A program made the translations under genes and the position numbers. From Dendrobates tinctorius (Eukaryota), in the NCBI RefSeq assembly GCF_039654945.1, contig NW_027361810.1, forward strand, positions 32,364,001 through 32,428,000: DNA of 64,000 bases, in the 5' to 3' direction. Below, piece by piece: positions 24,765 to 36,076 of this stretch. The notes beneath the pieces are model-generated. The model was not told the origin of the DNA and ran no database searches. It saw nothing but the letters and a program-made list of their open reading frames with translations. Within the stretch, counting starts at the first letter, position 1, and the number at the start of each line of letters is the position of its first letter.

Positions 24765-26550
24765 GAGCCGTGTGTGTACGAGGTGTATGGAGAGGAGCCG
24801 TGTGTGTACGAGGTGTACGGAGCGGAGCCGTGTGTGTATGAGGTGTACGGAGCGGAGCCGTTTGTACAAGGTGTACGGAGAGGAGCCGTGTGTGTACGAG
24901 GTGTACGGAGCGGAGCCGTGTGTACGAGGTGTACGGAGCGGAGCCGAGTGTACAAGGTGTACGGAGCGGAGCCGTGTGTGTATGAGGTGTACGGAGTGGA
25001 GCCGTGTGTGTATGAGGTGTACGGAGCGGAGCCGTGTGTGTATGAGGTGTACGGAGCGGAGCCGTGTGTGTATGAGGTGTACGGAGCGGAGCCGTGTGTG
25101 TATGAGGTGTACGGAGCGGAGCCGTTTGTACGAGGTGTACGGAGCGGAGCCGTGAGTGTACGAGGTGTACGGAGCGGAGCCGTGTGTGTATGAGGTGTAC
25201 GGAGCGGAGCCGTGTGTACGAGGTGTACGGAGCGGAGCCGTGTGTACGAGGTGTACGGAGCGGAGCCGTGTGTACGAGGTGTACGGAGCGGAGCCGTGTG
25301 TACGAGGTGTACGGAGAGGAGCCGTGTGTGTACGAGGTGTACGGAGAGGAGCCGTGTGTGTACGAGGTGTACGGAGCGGAGCCGTGTGTGTACGAGGTGT
25401 ACGGAGCGGAGCCGTGTGTACGAGGTGTACGGAGCGGAGCCGTGTGTGTATGAGGTGTACGGAGCGGAGCCGTTTGTACGAGGTGTACGGAGAGGAGCCG
25501 TGTGTGTACGAGGTGTACGGAGCGGAGCCGTGAGTGTACGAGGTGTACGGAGCGGAGCCATGTGTGTATGAGGTGTACGGAGCGGAGCCATGTGTGTATG
25601 AGGTGTACGGAGCGGAGCCGTGTGTGTACGAGGTGTACGGAGAGGAGCCGTGTGTGTACGAGGTGTACGGAGCGGAGCCGTGTGTACGAGGTGTACGGAG
25701 AGGAGCCGTGTGTGTGTACGAGGTGTACGGAGAGGAGCCGTGTGTGTACGAGGTGTACGGAGAGGAGCCGTGTGTGTACGAGGTGTACGGAGAGGAGCCG
25801 TGTGTGTACGAGGTGTACGGAGAGGAGCCGTGTGTGTACGAGGTGTACGGAGCGGAGCCGTGTGTACGAGGTGTACGGAGCGGAGCCGTGTGTGTATGAG
25901 GTGTACGGAGCGGATCCGTGTGTGTATGAGGTGTACGGAGCGGAGCCGTTTGTACGAGGTGTACGGAGCGGAGCCGTGTGTACGAGGTGTACAGAGCGGA
26001 GCCGTGTGTGTATGAGGTGTACGGAGCGGAGCCGTTTGTACGAGGTGTACGGAGAGGAGCCGTGTGTGTACGAGGTGTACGGAGCGGAGCCGCGTGTACG
26101 AGGTGTACGGAGCGGAGCCGTGTGTGTACGAGGTGTACGGAGAGGAGCCGTGTGTGTACGAGGTGTACGGAGCGGAGCCGTGTGTGTATGAGGTGTACGG
26201 AGCGGAGCCGTTTGTACGAGGTGTACGGAGCGGAGCCGTTTGTACGAGGTGTACGGAGCGGAGCCGTTTGTACGAGGTGTACGGAGCGGAGCCGTTTGTA
26301 CGAGGTGTACGGAGAGGAGCCGTGTGTGTACGAGGTGTACGGAGCGGAGCCGTGTGTATGAGGTGTACGGAGCGGAGCCACGCGTGTACGGAGCGGAGCC
26401 GTGTGTACGAGGTGTACGGAGCGGAGCCGCGCGTGTACGAGGTGTACGGAGAGGAGCCACGCGTGTACGAGGTGGACGGAGTGGAGCCGTGTGTGTATGG
26501 AGTGGAGCCATATGTGTACGGGATGTACGGAGCGGAGCCAAGTGTGTACA
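24765..26550. repeat. 28/30-bp CpG-rich minisatellite (gtgtgtgtacgaggtgtacggagcggagcc)
   Basis: Direct tandem array. Explains the repetitive 600-700 aa ORFs. Confidence 0.95.
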
Positions 26551-26869
26551 AAGCATACAAAGCGGGCTTTTCCCACGGACACAGGAGTACACGGCAGAGC
26601 CCCGAGGAGCATTTTAAAACACACACATGACGTTCCACCGGAAGTGATGTGCTGGAAGCTGACCGGAAATGAGATAATTTCTTGAGGAGATTGTAACAGA
26701 ACCAGGAATGTTTCAGATCCATCACCGTGTCCTCCTCCGACAGCGCAGACAGCAGGATCGCCTTGGAATCGGGGATGCCGGCCATGTGAGCGGATCATGA
26801 TAGGTCCTACACCGGGAGGCTCAGGTGGGCACTACAACGGGAGCCGAGCTGCTATAGTATCTTTGTAGA

Positions 26870-27257
26870 ATCTTTCTTTATTACTTTCTCTCTTTTTCTT
26901 TCTTTCTCTGTTCTTTCATTCTCTGTTCTGTCTTTCCCTCATTTTCTTTCTCTCTGTTCTTTCATTCTCTCTCTAATCTTTCTTTTTTCTCTGTCTGTTC
27001 TTTCTTCCCCTCTTTCTTTTTCTTTCCTCTCTTTCTCTCTGTTCTTTCTTTCTTTTTTTTACTTCTTTCTTTCTCTCTCTGTTCTTTCTCTGTCTCTCTC
27101 TGTTCTTTCTTTCTTTCCCCTCTTTCTTTCTCTCTCTGTTCTTTCTCTGTCTCTCACTGTTCTTTCTTTGTCTCTCACTGTTCTTTCTTTCTTTCCCCTT
27201 TCTTTCTCGCTCTCTCTGTTTTCTTTTTTCTCTCTCTCTCTGTTTTCTCTCTTCCTT
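26870..27257. repeat. CT-rich low-complexity tract inside the hAT element
   Basis: Almost pure pyrimidine on the + strand. Confidence 0.9.
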
Positions 27258-29857
27258 AGTGCCAGTCAGTGTGCCCATAATGCCAGCCACTGTGCCCTCA
27301 GTACCAGTCAGTGTGATCAGCAGTGCTAAATGGGTGCGATTAGGTGTGGACATGGGTGTGACTAGTTGTGAAATGGGTGTGGCTGGGCGTGGCCAAAATT
27401 TGCAGCGGCGCGTGCGCCGCAGTCTTTGTCCATCTTTCCCTTCTTCATAAATTGGGAGGTATGATAGGGGCGGCTATGACCAGGGGGTCTGGTGGCCCAA
27501 TGGATAGCAGTTCTGCCAGGAATTCTGTAATCATGCATACAAAAGGGGACAGAGATTTGGGAGGAGTACTGTACCTAAAAGCAATAAATAGGACTGAGCT
27601 GAAATACTGGGCACAGCTGTGACTACATGTTATATAGTCGTGTTAATCTCCTCTCACTTCTTGTAAACTACAAGTGTACAAAGATATTATATAGTCACCA
27701 TGTGACTAGTGGGCCTGTGTAACTTCAAATGCCAGGGCTGAATTTTAGTCCCAGTCCGGCCCTGCAACTATGTCATATTTTTTGGAGAACTCCTCAATCT
27801 CCCTGACTCCGACTCCACAGGCCAGCCCATCAGGAATGGAGTGGCAGTCGAGCAGGTGCACTGCAGGTTCATTCTAGCTATTTGGACCTTCAGAAACCAG
27901 TAAGTTATCACCTAATCTCATGATAGGTGATAATTTAACTCACTAGACAAACCTTTTCAGGGTTGGACTGGCCCACCAGAGAACTGGAGAATCCTCCGGT
28001 GGGCCCTGGCTTCTCCTTCAGGAGACTTCATAGTGCAAACCTGGCATTTGCTATGGGGCTCTTCAGTGGGACATAAAGGTGGACCCTCAGAATCAAATCC
28101 TCCGGAGGGCTCAATGTTCTTCAGTCTGACACTGATCCCTTTAATACCATTTCCACTTTCTGGACAATTTATTTTAAGAGCTTGAAAAACCCCTAAAGCC
28201 AAGCATTCAACGTGAGAATCACGAGTCTCTCTGCTGCCCAGAGGATTTTCTATCATGTATGAGTGTGTGAACACAGCGACATTTAGAATCCAGTGCAGCT
28301 GCAGAATATTTCCCAGGCATATTCGCTTCAGGAAAAAGTTGTCGTCTTTTTTTTCCTGGAACTGCTCAGCCGACATTTTTGTTCTTAATTTCATGGCGGC
28401 TCCACCACCAGCGTCTTTTTTTCTGCATTGCCTCCCGAAGAATGGACGTATCGACTAATTTAATTAGTCCAGAGTTTCCGAACCCTGTAGCTCTTAAAAG
28501 AAGTAAGACTGAACATGGTCACAGCAGTGTCGTTTTGACATTGCTGCGCGGTATGTTCATTTTATGAAGCGCTTTTTCAGGCAGAATCCCCCTAAAAAAG
28601 ACATTGTGTTTCGCTAACGGAATCTTGTCTAAGGGTTCACTCACACTTGAATATAAATAAGTCCTGTTGTCATCCGGGAGAATGGGATGATTTTTTCTCA
28701 CTTTTCATCCGTATAGAATATTTTTTTTTTTTACTCTGCAGTATTTAATCTTTTACAGAACCTTTTACAGTTTCCTATGCTACAGAACTGTCATATATCC
28801 GTAAAAATCGGACATACTGACGGTCCGTATGGCATGTGATATTTTTTTTAAGAGTGAAATGGCAGCATGCCGAATACAGCTGAGAAAAAAATACGCACAT
28901 CTGCACGGCCTCACTGAATAACATTGGTCCGAGTGCAATACGATTTTTTTTTATCGGACTGCACTTGTCCCATTTATACGCCAGTGTGAGCGAGCCCTAA
29001 ACTGGATACTTTGTGACTGAAGTTCTGCTTTGAAAAACGTGAGGAGTGCAACGGTTTTCAGCCTCTGAATGTTGATAAGAATGTTTTTGTTTTTGACGGC
29101 TCGCACTTGGACCAATGTTATGCTATGGTACCATGCACTTGTCTAATTTTTTTTCTTGGACTGCGCTGGTATAAAAAAAAAATCACTGCATGCCCAAGTT
29201 TGATCGTGCTGGAAATGCATGGAAACCATTGGTCTGCACTCGGATGGCTTCTGAGTGCAGTCCGATTTCCAAGGACTTGACAGAATGGAGAAGACGGATA
29301 ATTTTTTGTTTCTCCATCTTTTCCGCATCTGAGAGAATCTGATCAGAATGTGATTCGCAAAAATCGACCCGATTCTCTCGGAAGACAAAAAATATGCTTG
29401 TGTTACCCTAGCCTCAGATTCACCAATTTCATGTGAATGTAAAATAAAAATTGCATTTTCGGACCTCAATCTCTCAAATTTGTACATGTCGTTCTAGAAG
29501 TAGACAATCTCATCCCAAAATTTCCCGACACGAGAATTGTTTTTCTTTACTACAACGGGTTCCACGTGACTTCTTAAACTAACGCCTCTCGCTTCATTGT
29601 AACCTTTGTAATGTTTACAGATAGAAAACAACCATAACTTCATTACATCATCCTAGAATGACTTAAGGAAGGGAGATTCTCAGAACTGTCACTGGAAACT
29701 TTAGCTTTAACATACTTTTCAGGTGAGTCGACCTTGGGTATTTGATGTGATAAGTGTCATAGAAAACTTCCCCCGATTCCTCCCTGTTCTTCTCTCATCT
29801 TTGTAGGTCGCTATCATTTTCCACACCCTTTTTAGTGATGATACAGAACTGGGAAAT

Positions 29858-29956
29858 ATGGATAAAAACACAGGAGATCAACTTAATAGAGCCTACGAAG
29901 CATATCGTCAGGCATGTATGGATAAGGAACGGACCAGGAAGGAACTACAGCAAAAG
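29858..29956 (+). CDS. TANK: TANK coding exon 1 (MDKNTGDQLNRAYEAYRQACMDKERTRKELQQK)
   Basis: Hand translation closely matches the N-terminus of vertebrate TANK as I recall it (MDKNIGEQLNKAYEAFRQACMD...KELQQK). Pyrimidine-rich acceptor ending AG at 29806, donor AAG|GTAT at 29956, 99 nt, phase 0. Too short for the ORF track. Confidence 0.95.
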
Positions 29957-31703
29957 GTATAATTGCTTTGTGTGGGGACGGGGATAGAGAAAAAAAACAA
30001 GTTTGTTATTGGTTTGTTTCCCCAGAAATATGTTTTATACAACACAGGTTACTTAAAGGAAATGATAGCAGCATACTGTAGAAACAGAGATTCCAGCGAT
30101 GTATCACTTACTGGGCTGCTTGCTGTTGGTTTGATAAAATCACTGTTTTAACACCAGGAGATTATCACAAGAGGACTAGTAGAGCTGCTGTCAGGTAGTC
30201 CTGCCACTCCCCCACACCTGATTGGCAGCCTTCTGCGAAGGCACAGTGTACACATCAGTGGCATGGGCGGGGTTATACACAGCTCAACATTGAGAGAACT
30301 GGTAGATCTACAGAAAAGAAAACAGTGATTTTATCAAAACTGCACCAGGCAGACCAGTAAGTGACACGTCACTGGAATCAGGGTCTCTGCACCTACATCA
30401 TGCCGCTCTCAGATGGGGTATCAAAAACCTGGTGACTTACTCCCTTTAATGGGCTGTGTCACAACGTGCAGAAACATGGTCTGCAGATACCCACAACTTC
30501 TGGCCAGGGGAGGAAAGCAAAAGAGAGAATACAGACAGGACAGCATGGAATCCCAGCTGATTCTGTATACTCTCTTTTGCTTCCTCCCCTGCCCAGGAGC
30601 TGTGGTCAGACCATGTCCCTGTACGGTCAGACACGGTCATTACACAGTACACAGCAGGGGCACACTTATAAGATTATCTCAGCACAGGAACATTTTATTA
30701 TAAACTTCGAATTATGGAAATTATTTTTATTCCAAGATCTACTGATTAAAATAAACTTTATTTGTGGGACAACCCTTTTAAGTGGTTAAACAATCAATTG
30801 TATTCATGTACACAATAAAATAGATGCGATCAATTTAAAGAATGACCTACAGTTAAAAGGAGCCTATCATAAAATTATCTAAAAAGGGAAAAATCTGAAC
30901 TCTTGCAGCTTTTACACTAAACACTAACCCTCAAAATATGCTTACATGTGCGGTTTGGTGAGATTACCTTAAAATGTTTGCTGTGTACAACGGAAGGCAG
31001 AGCAAACAGACATCTCACGTGGTCATGCTCGCAAGTTTAAGATTCAGTCAGGATTTAGGGGCAGATTCTGTGTCCAATCCTGAGAACATCCACTGACATC
31101 GTGCTGGAGTTGCATAATTTCTTCTCTTGCATCATTATGCTGCAGCGCTATTTCAATTCCCACCTAGTTTATATTTCTTTAGAAGCTGCTTTCAACTGCT
31201 GCTCAATTAATATCCAAGCACTGCATTTAAAGAATTTGTGTACAGAACTTCCCATGTCTATGCCTCCCCATCCCTGTATACTGGAGAATTCCCATATCTA
31301 TAGTGTGTGAATCTTGCTGAGCAGCAGTTGGAAGCAGCTTGTAAAGGAGCATGAACTGCTTAATAAATCAGTACTGCAGCATACTGTTTGGGTGAAAAGC
31401 AAAATATGGTAATGAAGTATATTTAAATAAAAAAGCGTCCTACATAGGAAGTAAATATGGGAGATTTGGACTGAACAACCCTTTTAAGGAGGTTTTATGA
31501 AATTAAAAGCCATGGCTGCTTTCTTCTAGATACAACAACGCTCTAATCAATGTGTTGTATGTGATATTTAGTCCCATTCGTTTGTGTCACTGTTTCTGCC
31601 ACCATGTTCTCTTATCTCATTACAACCCTTTTAGATTTGCCATGAGACTTTTGGCTACTTTCTTTTTCCTGATCATATAATGGCTTTCTCCTGTTTTCTT
31701 TAG

Positions 31704-31809
31704 ACCGCTTTGTTTGAGAAGCAGTTACTTAATAAGGAGGAACAGATAGCATGCTTGAAAAACCACATTTCGGTCTTGTCAACAAGGCTCTTGTCATATT
31801 CTGAAACAG
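31704..31809 (+). CDS. TANK: TANK coding exon 2, coiled coil (TALFEKQLLNKEEQIACLKNHISVLSTRLLSYSET)
   Basis: Acceptor ctgttttctttag, donor CAG|GTAAAA, phase 0 to 1. Positionally similar to the TANK segment following KELQQK. Confidence 0.88.
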
Positions 31810-32214
31810 GTAAAACCTAAAACTAATATGATCTGTAAGGGCCTGTGCACACGTTGCCGATTTGTCGCTTTTTTTTTCTGGGCAGTTTTTTCACAAAACC
31901 TGAAGGGTTTCCTGATGCCAACGGAGTGAATGAAAATTTCCTGAAGTCTCATGCCCTCATTGCTTATATTAGGCTTGCAGATTTAATTCTGCGGCATGTC
32001 AATTCTAATGAGTGGGGAAAAATCTGCACCAAAGACGCAAATAAAAAAACGCAACAGAAACACAGCAAAAATATGCTTATTTTACACAGCGTTTTTTCCT
32101 GCCAAGCCCTGCTTTCAATGCAAAGAGTTGTTTGATGAAGATAATCCCATCCATATGACCCACTAGAGCACAATCCTGGCCCTCAGGGTGATTATAATTG
32201 GCCCGCGATGCCGG

Positions 32215-32825
32215 GGACTATGGGGTCATCATACTGTATATGAGGGGCCCATTACTTTGTATGGAGGACTATGTGGGGCACATTATACTGTGTGGAGTAA
32301 TATATGGGGCCAGATATACTGTATGGAGGACTATGTGAGGCCCATTATACTGTGTGGAGTAATATATGGGGCCAGATATACTGTATGGAGGACTATGTGG
32401 GGCCCATTATACTGTGTGGAGTAATATATGGGGCCAGATATACTGTATGGAGGACTATGTGGGGCCCATTATACTGTGTGGAGTAATATATGGGGCCAGA
32501 TATACTGTATGGAGGACTATGTGAGGCCCATTATGCTGTATGGAACAATCTGAGGCCCATTTTATTGTATGGAGCACTATGTGGGACCCATTATACTGTA
32601 TGGAGGACTATGTGGGGCCTATTATTCTGTATAGAGGACTATGTGGGGCCCATTATTCTGTATGGAGGACTATGTGGGGCCCATTATTCTGTATGGAGGA
32701 CTATGTGGGGCCCATTATTCTGTATGGAGGACTATGTGGGGTCTAATATACTGTGTGGAGGAATATGTGGGGCCCATTATTCTGTATGGAGGAATATTTG
32801 GGGCCTAATATACTGTGTGGAGGTC
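32215..32825. repeat. 31-bp minisatellite (ggaggactatgtggggcccattattctgtat), probably part of a DNA transposon
   Basis: Tandem array of the same family as 49665-50545. Confidence 0.88.
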
Positions 32826-33164
32826 AGTGTGGAAATCACAGTTGTGGCATGAGACTGTGATGGGTCACCATACTTTGCTGGGGGTACAATATGGTCATCA
32901 TACTGTGCGTGTGGAGGGTACTGTGGAGGAATTCATTGTGGGGGTATCATACTGTGTTTGGGGAGCACTTTTGTTGCCATCATACGTTATCTATATTATT
33001 TCTTAATTCAAGGTTTTTTATCCTTTTCTATTACATATTTAAATTAGGCCTTGGGCCATGTGCTTTTTACTGCTCTTACATAACTTATTAGAATCATAGA
33101 ATCGTAGAGTTGGAAGGGACCTCCTGGGCCATCTGGTCCAACCCCCTGCTCAAAGCAGGATTCG

Positions 33165-35897
33165 CTAAATCATCCCAGTTAGATGTCTGTCCAGCCTCTG
33201 TTTGAAGACTTCCATTGAAGGAGAACTCACCACTTCTCGTGGCAGCCTGTTCCACTCATTGATCACTCTAACTGTCAAAAAGTTTTTTCTAATATCTAAT
33301 CTGTGTCTCCTCCCATTCAGCTTCATCCCATTGCTTCTAGTCTTTCCTTGTGCAAATGAGAATAAAGTTGATCCTTCTACAATGTGACAGCCCTTTAGAT
33401 ATTTGTAGACAGCTATTAAGTCTCCTCTCAGTCTTCTCTTTTGCAAACTAAACATTCCCAAATCCTGCAACCTTTCCTCATAAGACAGGGTTTGCAGACC
33501 GGTCACCATTCTGGTCGCTCTTTTCTGAACTTGCTCCAGTTTGTTGATGTCTTTTTTAAAATGTGGTGCCCAAAATTGGACACAATATTCCAGATGAGGT
33601 CTGACCAAAGAGGAGTAGAGGGAAATAATTACTTCACGTGATCTAGACTGTATGCTTCTGTTAATACATCCTAGAATTGCATTTGCCTTTTTTGCTGCTG
33701 CATCACACTGTTGACTCATATTCAGTCTGTGATCTATTAGTATACCCAAGTCTTTTTCACATGTGCTGTCACTTAGCCCTATTCCTCCCATTCTATATAT
33801 GCTTTTTTCATTTTTATTGCCCAGATGTAGTACTTTGCATTTCTCCCTGTTAAAAACCATTCTGTTAGTTGCTGCCCACTTCTCCAGTTTATTTAAATCT
33901 TTTTGAATCCTCTCTCTCTCTTCTCTAGTATTAGCTATCCCTCCTAGCTTTGTGTCATCAGCAAATTTAATCAGTTTACCCTCAATTCCTTCATCTAAAT
34001 CGTTGATAAAGATGTTGAACAATACAGGGCCCAGGACAGAGCCCTGTGGTACCCCACTTGAGACATTCTTCCAACTGGATGTGCAGCCATTTACGACCAC
34101 TCTTTGGGTCCGATCACTAAGCCAGTTATGAATCCACCTAACAGTTGCCTTGTCCATTCCATACTTAGTCATTTTTTCAATAAGGATTGTATGAGAGACT
34201 TTGTCAAATGCTTTGCTGAAGTCAAGATATACTATATCTACAGCATTTCCTTGATCCACCCAATCAGTAATACCATCATAGAAGGAAATTAAATTAGTCT
34301 GACATGACTTATTAGTTACAAACCCATGCTGACTCTGTTTAATCACTTCATTCTTATCCAGGTATTGACATACATGTTGTTTAATAATTTGTTCAAAGAT
34401 CTTTCCTGGTATAGAAGTCAGACTCACCGGCCTATAGTTGCCTGGGTCCACCTTCTTCCCCTTTTTGAAGATAGGAACAACATTTGCTCTTCTCCAGTCT
34501 TCTGGCACTTCTCCTGTTCTCCAAGAATTTTCAAAGATTATGGAGAGGGGTTCAAAAATTTCTTCTGCTATCTCCTTCAGTACTCTGGGGTGTAATTCAT
34601 CTGGACCTGGAGACTTGAATACATTTAGGTTAGCTAAGTGTTTCCTCACTATCTTTCTGTTTATAGATATCCTGGATTCTTCTATTCCCTTAATAGGACA
34701 GTGAATAACAGTTGATGTTACATTTCCTTTCTGAGAGAAAACAGATGCAAAATAGGAATTTAAAAGTTCAGCCTTCTCAACATCCTGTCTTACCATTTCA
34801 TCATTTTCATCCTGTAAAAATCCTATAGCATCTTTGACTTTTCTTTTACTTTTGACATATCCCCAAAATCCTTTATTATTGCTTTTGACATCTCTTGCAA
34901 GCCTCAATTCATTTTCAGCTTTTGATAATCTGATTTGTGCCTTGCAGGTTCTGCAGACAGCATTATATTCTTCTTTAGATATGCCTCCTTCTTTCCATTT
35001 TATAAACATTTTTTGCTTCCTTTTTAGCATGTGCTTAAGTTCTGTGTTCATCCATCCTGGTTTCCTTAAATGCTTCCTATTCTTCCCTCTTTTCGGAATT
35101 GTTAACAACTGTGCTTTGAGAATTTCATTTTTCAAGATTTCCCATCCTTCCTGGACATTTTTGTCTTTAAGGATATCCAGCCATTGGATCCCTCCAATTC
35201 TCTTTCTGAATCCCTTAAAATCTGCCTTTCTGAAATCTAACCTTGACGTCTGAGTCTTCACAGGTCTTCCTCCTCTAGTTATCCAAAATTCTAAAATAGC
35301 ATGGTCGCTACCTCCTAGGGTCCCAGCCACTTTTACCTCCTCAACCATTTCCTCCCTGTTTATAAGGATTAGATCCAAGGTAGCAGTTCCCCTTGTTTTC
35401 TCCTTTACCTTTTGGAAGATAAAGTTGTCAGCAAGAGAGGATAAGAATTTCCTTGACCTGTTAGTTTTGCCTGAGAGAGATTCCCAACAAATGTCTGGAT
35501 AGTTGAAATCTCCCATGACAACTATGTCATATTTTTTGGAGAACTTGGCCATTTGATGCATAAAGAGTTCATCCATATCTTCAGCTTGCACAGGCGGCCT
35601 GTAGTAAATGCCTACAATGGTGTCCTTTCCATTGTTCTGTCCTTGTATTCTTACCCAAACAGTTTCCACAGAACTCCCAGTCTCTGAAGCTTCAATCTCT
35701 GTGCAGATATACGCATTTCTAACATACAATGCGACACCCCCTCCTCGTTTATCAAGTCTGTTTCTTGCAAATAAGTTGTATCCTTCTAGTCTTGTATTCC
35801 AATCATGTGTATTGTCCCACCAAGTTTCAGTGATTCCAATGACATCATATTTCTTTTCCTGTGTTAGTAGTTCCAATTCTCCTTGTTTGTTGCCCAT
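33165..35897 (-). CDS. CR1 ORF2p (APE endonuclease plus reverse transcriptase), uninterrupted
   Basis: 910 aa with ITETWW, MGDFN, GSDH, KSPGPD, YLDFSKAFD, GVPQGS and FADD. The frame stays open upstream to the ORF1 stop. Confidence 0.96.
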   Translation of the reverse strand: MGNKQGELELLTQEKKYDVIGITETWWDNTHDWNTRLEGYNLFARNRLDKRGGGVALYVRNAYICTEIEASETGSSVETVWVRIQGQNNGKDTIVGIYYRPPVQAEDMDELFMHQMAKFSKKYDIVVMGDFNYPDICWESLSGKTNRSRKFLSSLADNFIFQKVKEKTRGTATLDLILINREEMVEEVKVAGTLGGSDHAILEFWITRGGRPVKTQTSRLDFRKADFKGFRKRIGGIQWLDILKDKNVQEGWEILKNEILKAQLLTIPKRGKNRKHLRKPGWMNTELKHMLKRKQKMFIKWKEGGISKEEYNAVCRTCKAQIRLSKAENELRLARDVKSNNKGFWGYVKSKRKVKDAIGFLQDENDEMVRQDVEKAELLNSYFASVFSQKGNVTSTVIHCPIKGIEESRISINRKIVRKHLANLNVFKSPGPDELHPRVLKEIAEEIFEPLSIIFENSWRTGEVPEDWRRANVVPIFKKGKKVDPGNYRPVSLTSIPGKIFEQIIKQHVCQYLDKNEVIKQSQHGFVTNKSCQTNLISFYDGITDWVDQGNAVDIVYLDFSKAFDKVSHTILIEKMTKYGMDKATVRWIHNWLSDRTQRVVVNGCTSSWKNVSSGVPQGSVLGPVLFNIFINDLDEGIEGKLIKFADDTKLGGIANTREERERIQKDLNKLEKWAATNRMVFNREKCKVLHLGNKNEKSIYRMGGIGLSDSTCEKDLGILIDHRLNMSQQCDAAAKKANAILGCINRSIQSRSREVIISLYSSLVRPHLEYCVQFWAPHFKKDINKLEQVQKRATRMVTGLQTLSYEERLQDLGMFSLQKRRLRGDLIAVYKYLKGCHIVEGSTLFSFAQGKTRSNGMKLNGRRHRLDIRKNFLTVRVINEWNRLPREVVSSPSMEVFKQRLDRHLTGMI

Positions 35898-36076
35898 GCT
35901 TTGTGCATTAGTATAGAAACATTTTAGTTTGTGATTGGTTTCTCTTTCTCCAATATTTTTTTTAATTAGATTCTTTCGTCTTTGTTCTTCCTTTCCACTT
36001 CTAATAGCAGAGTTCTCAATAGCATTTGTCAGGTGTATGGCTTTTTCTGGTCTTTTGCTTCCCTTCCCATGTTGTT

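Larger units (their letters stand above)
24244..27764. mobile_element. Non-autonomous hAT-type DNA transposon (3.5 kb)
   Basis: TIRs CAGGCCCGGATTGG / CCAGTCCGGCCCTG and a perfect 8-bp TSD CAACTATG (24236-24243, 27765-27772). No transposase. Confidence 0.9.
21808..27791 (-). mobile_element. 5'-truncated, degenerate CR1 of the same family, split by a hAT-type insertion
   Basis: 21808-24243 parallels 33091-35526 with a premature stop at 23559 and a 3' frameshift. It resumes after the insertion and runs to 27791. Duplication ACTCCTCA at 21800-21807 and 27789-27796. Confidence 0.93.

Noticed and set aside
24657-26626. Long 600-700 aa ORFs in several frames
   Set aside because: Produced by a stop-poor 28/30-bp minisatellite. 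Open in many frames on both strands with no protein-like complexity.
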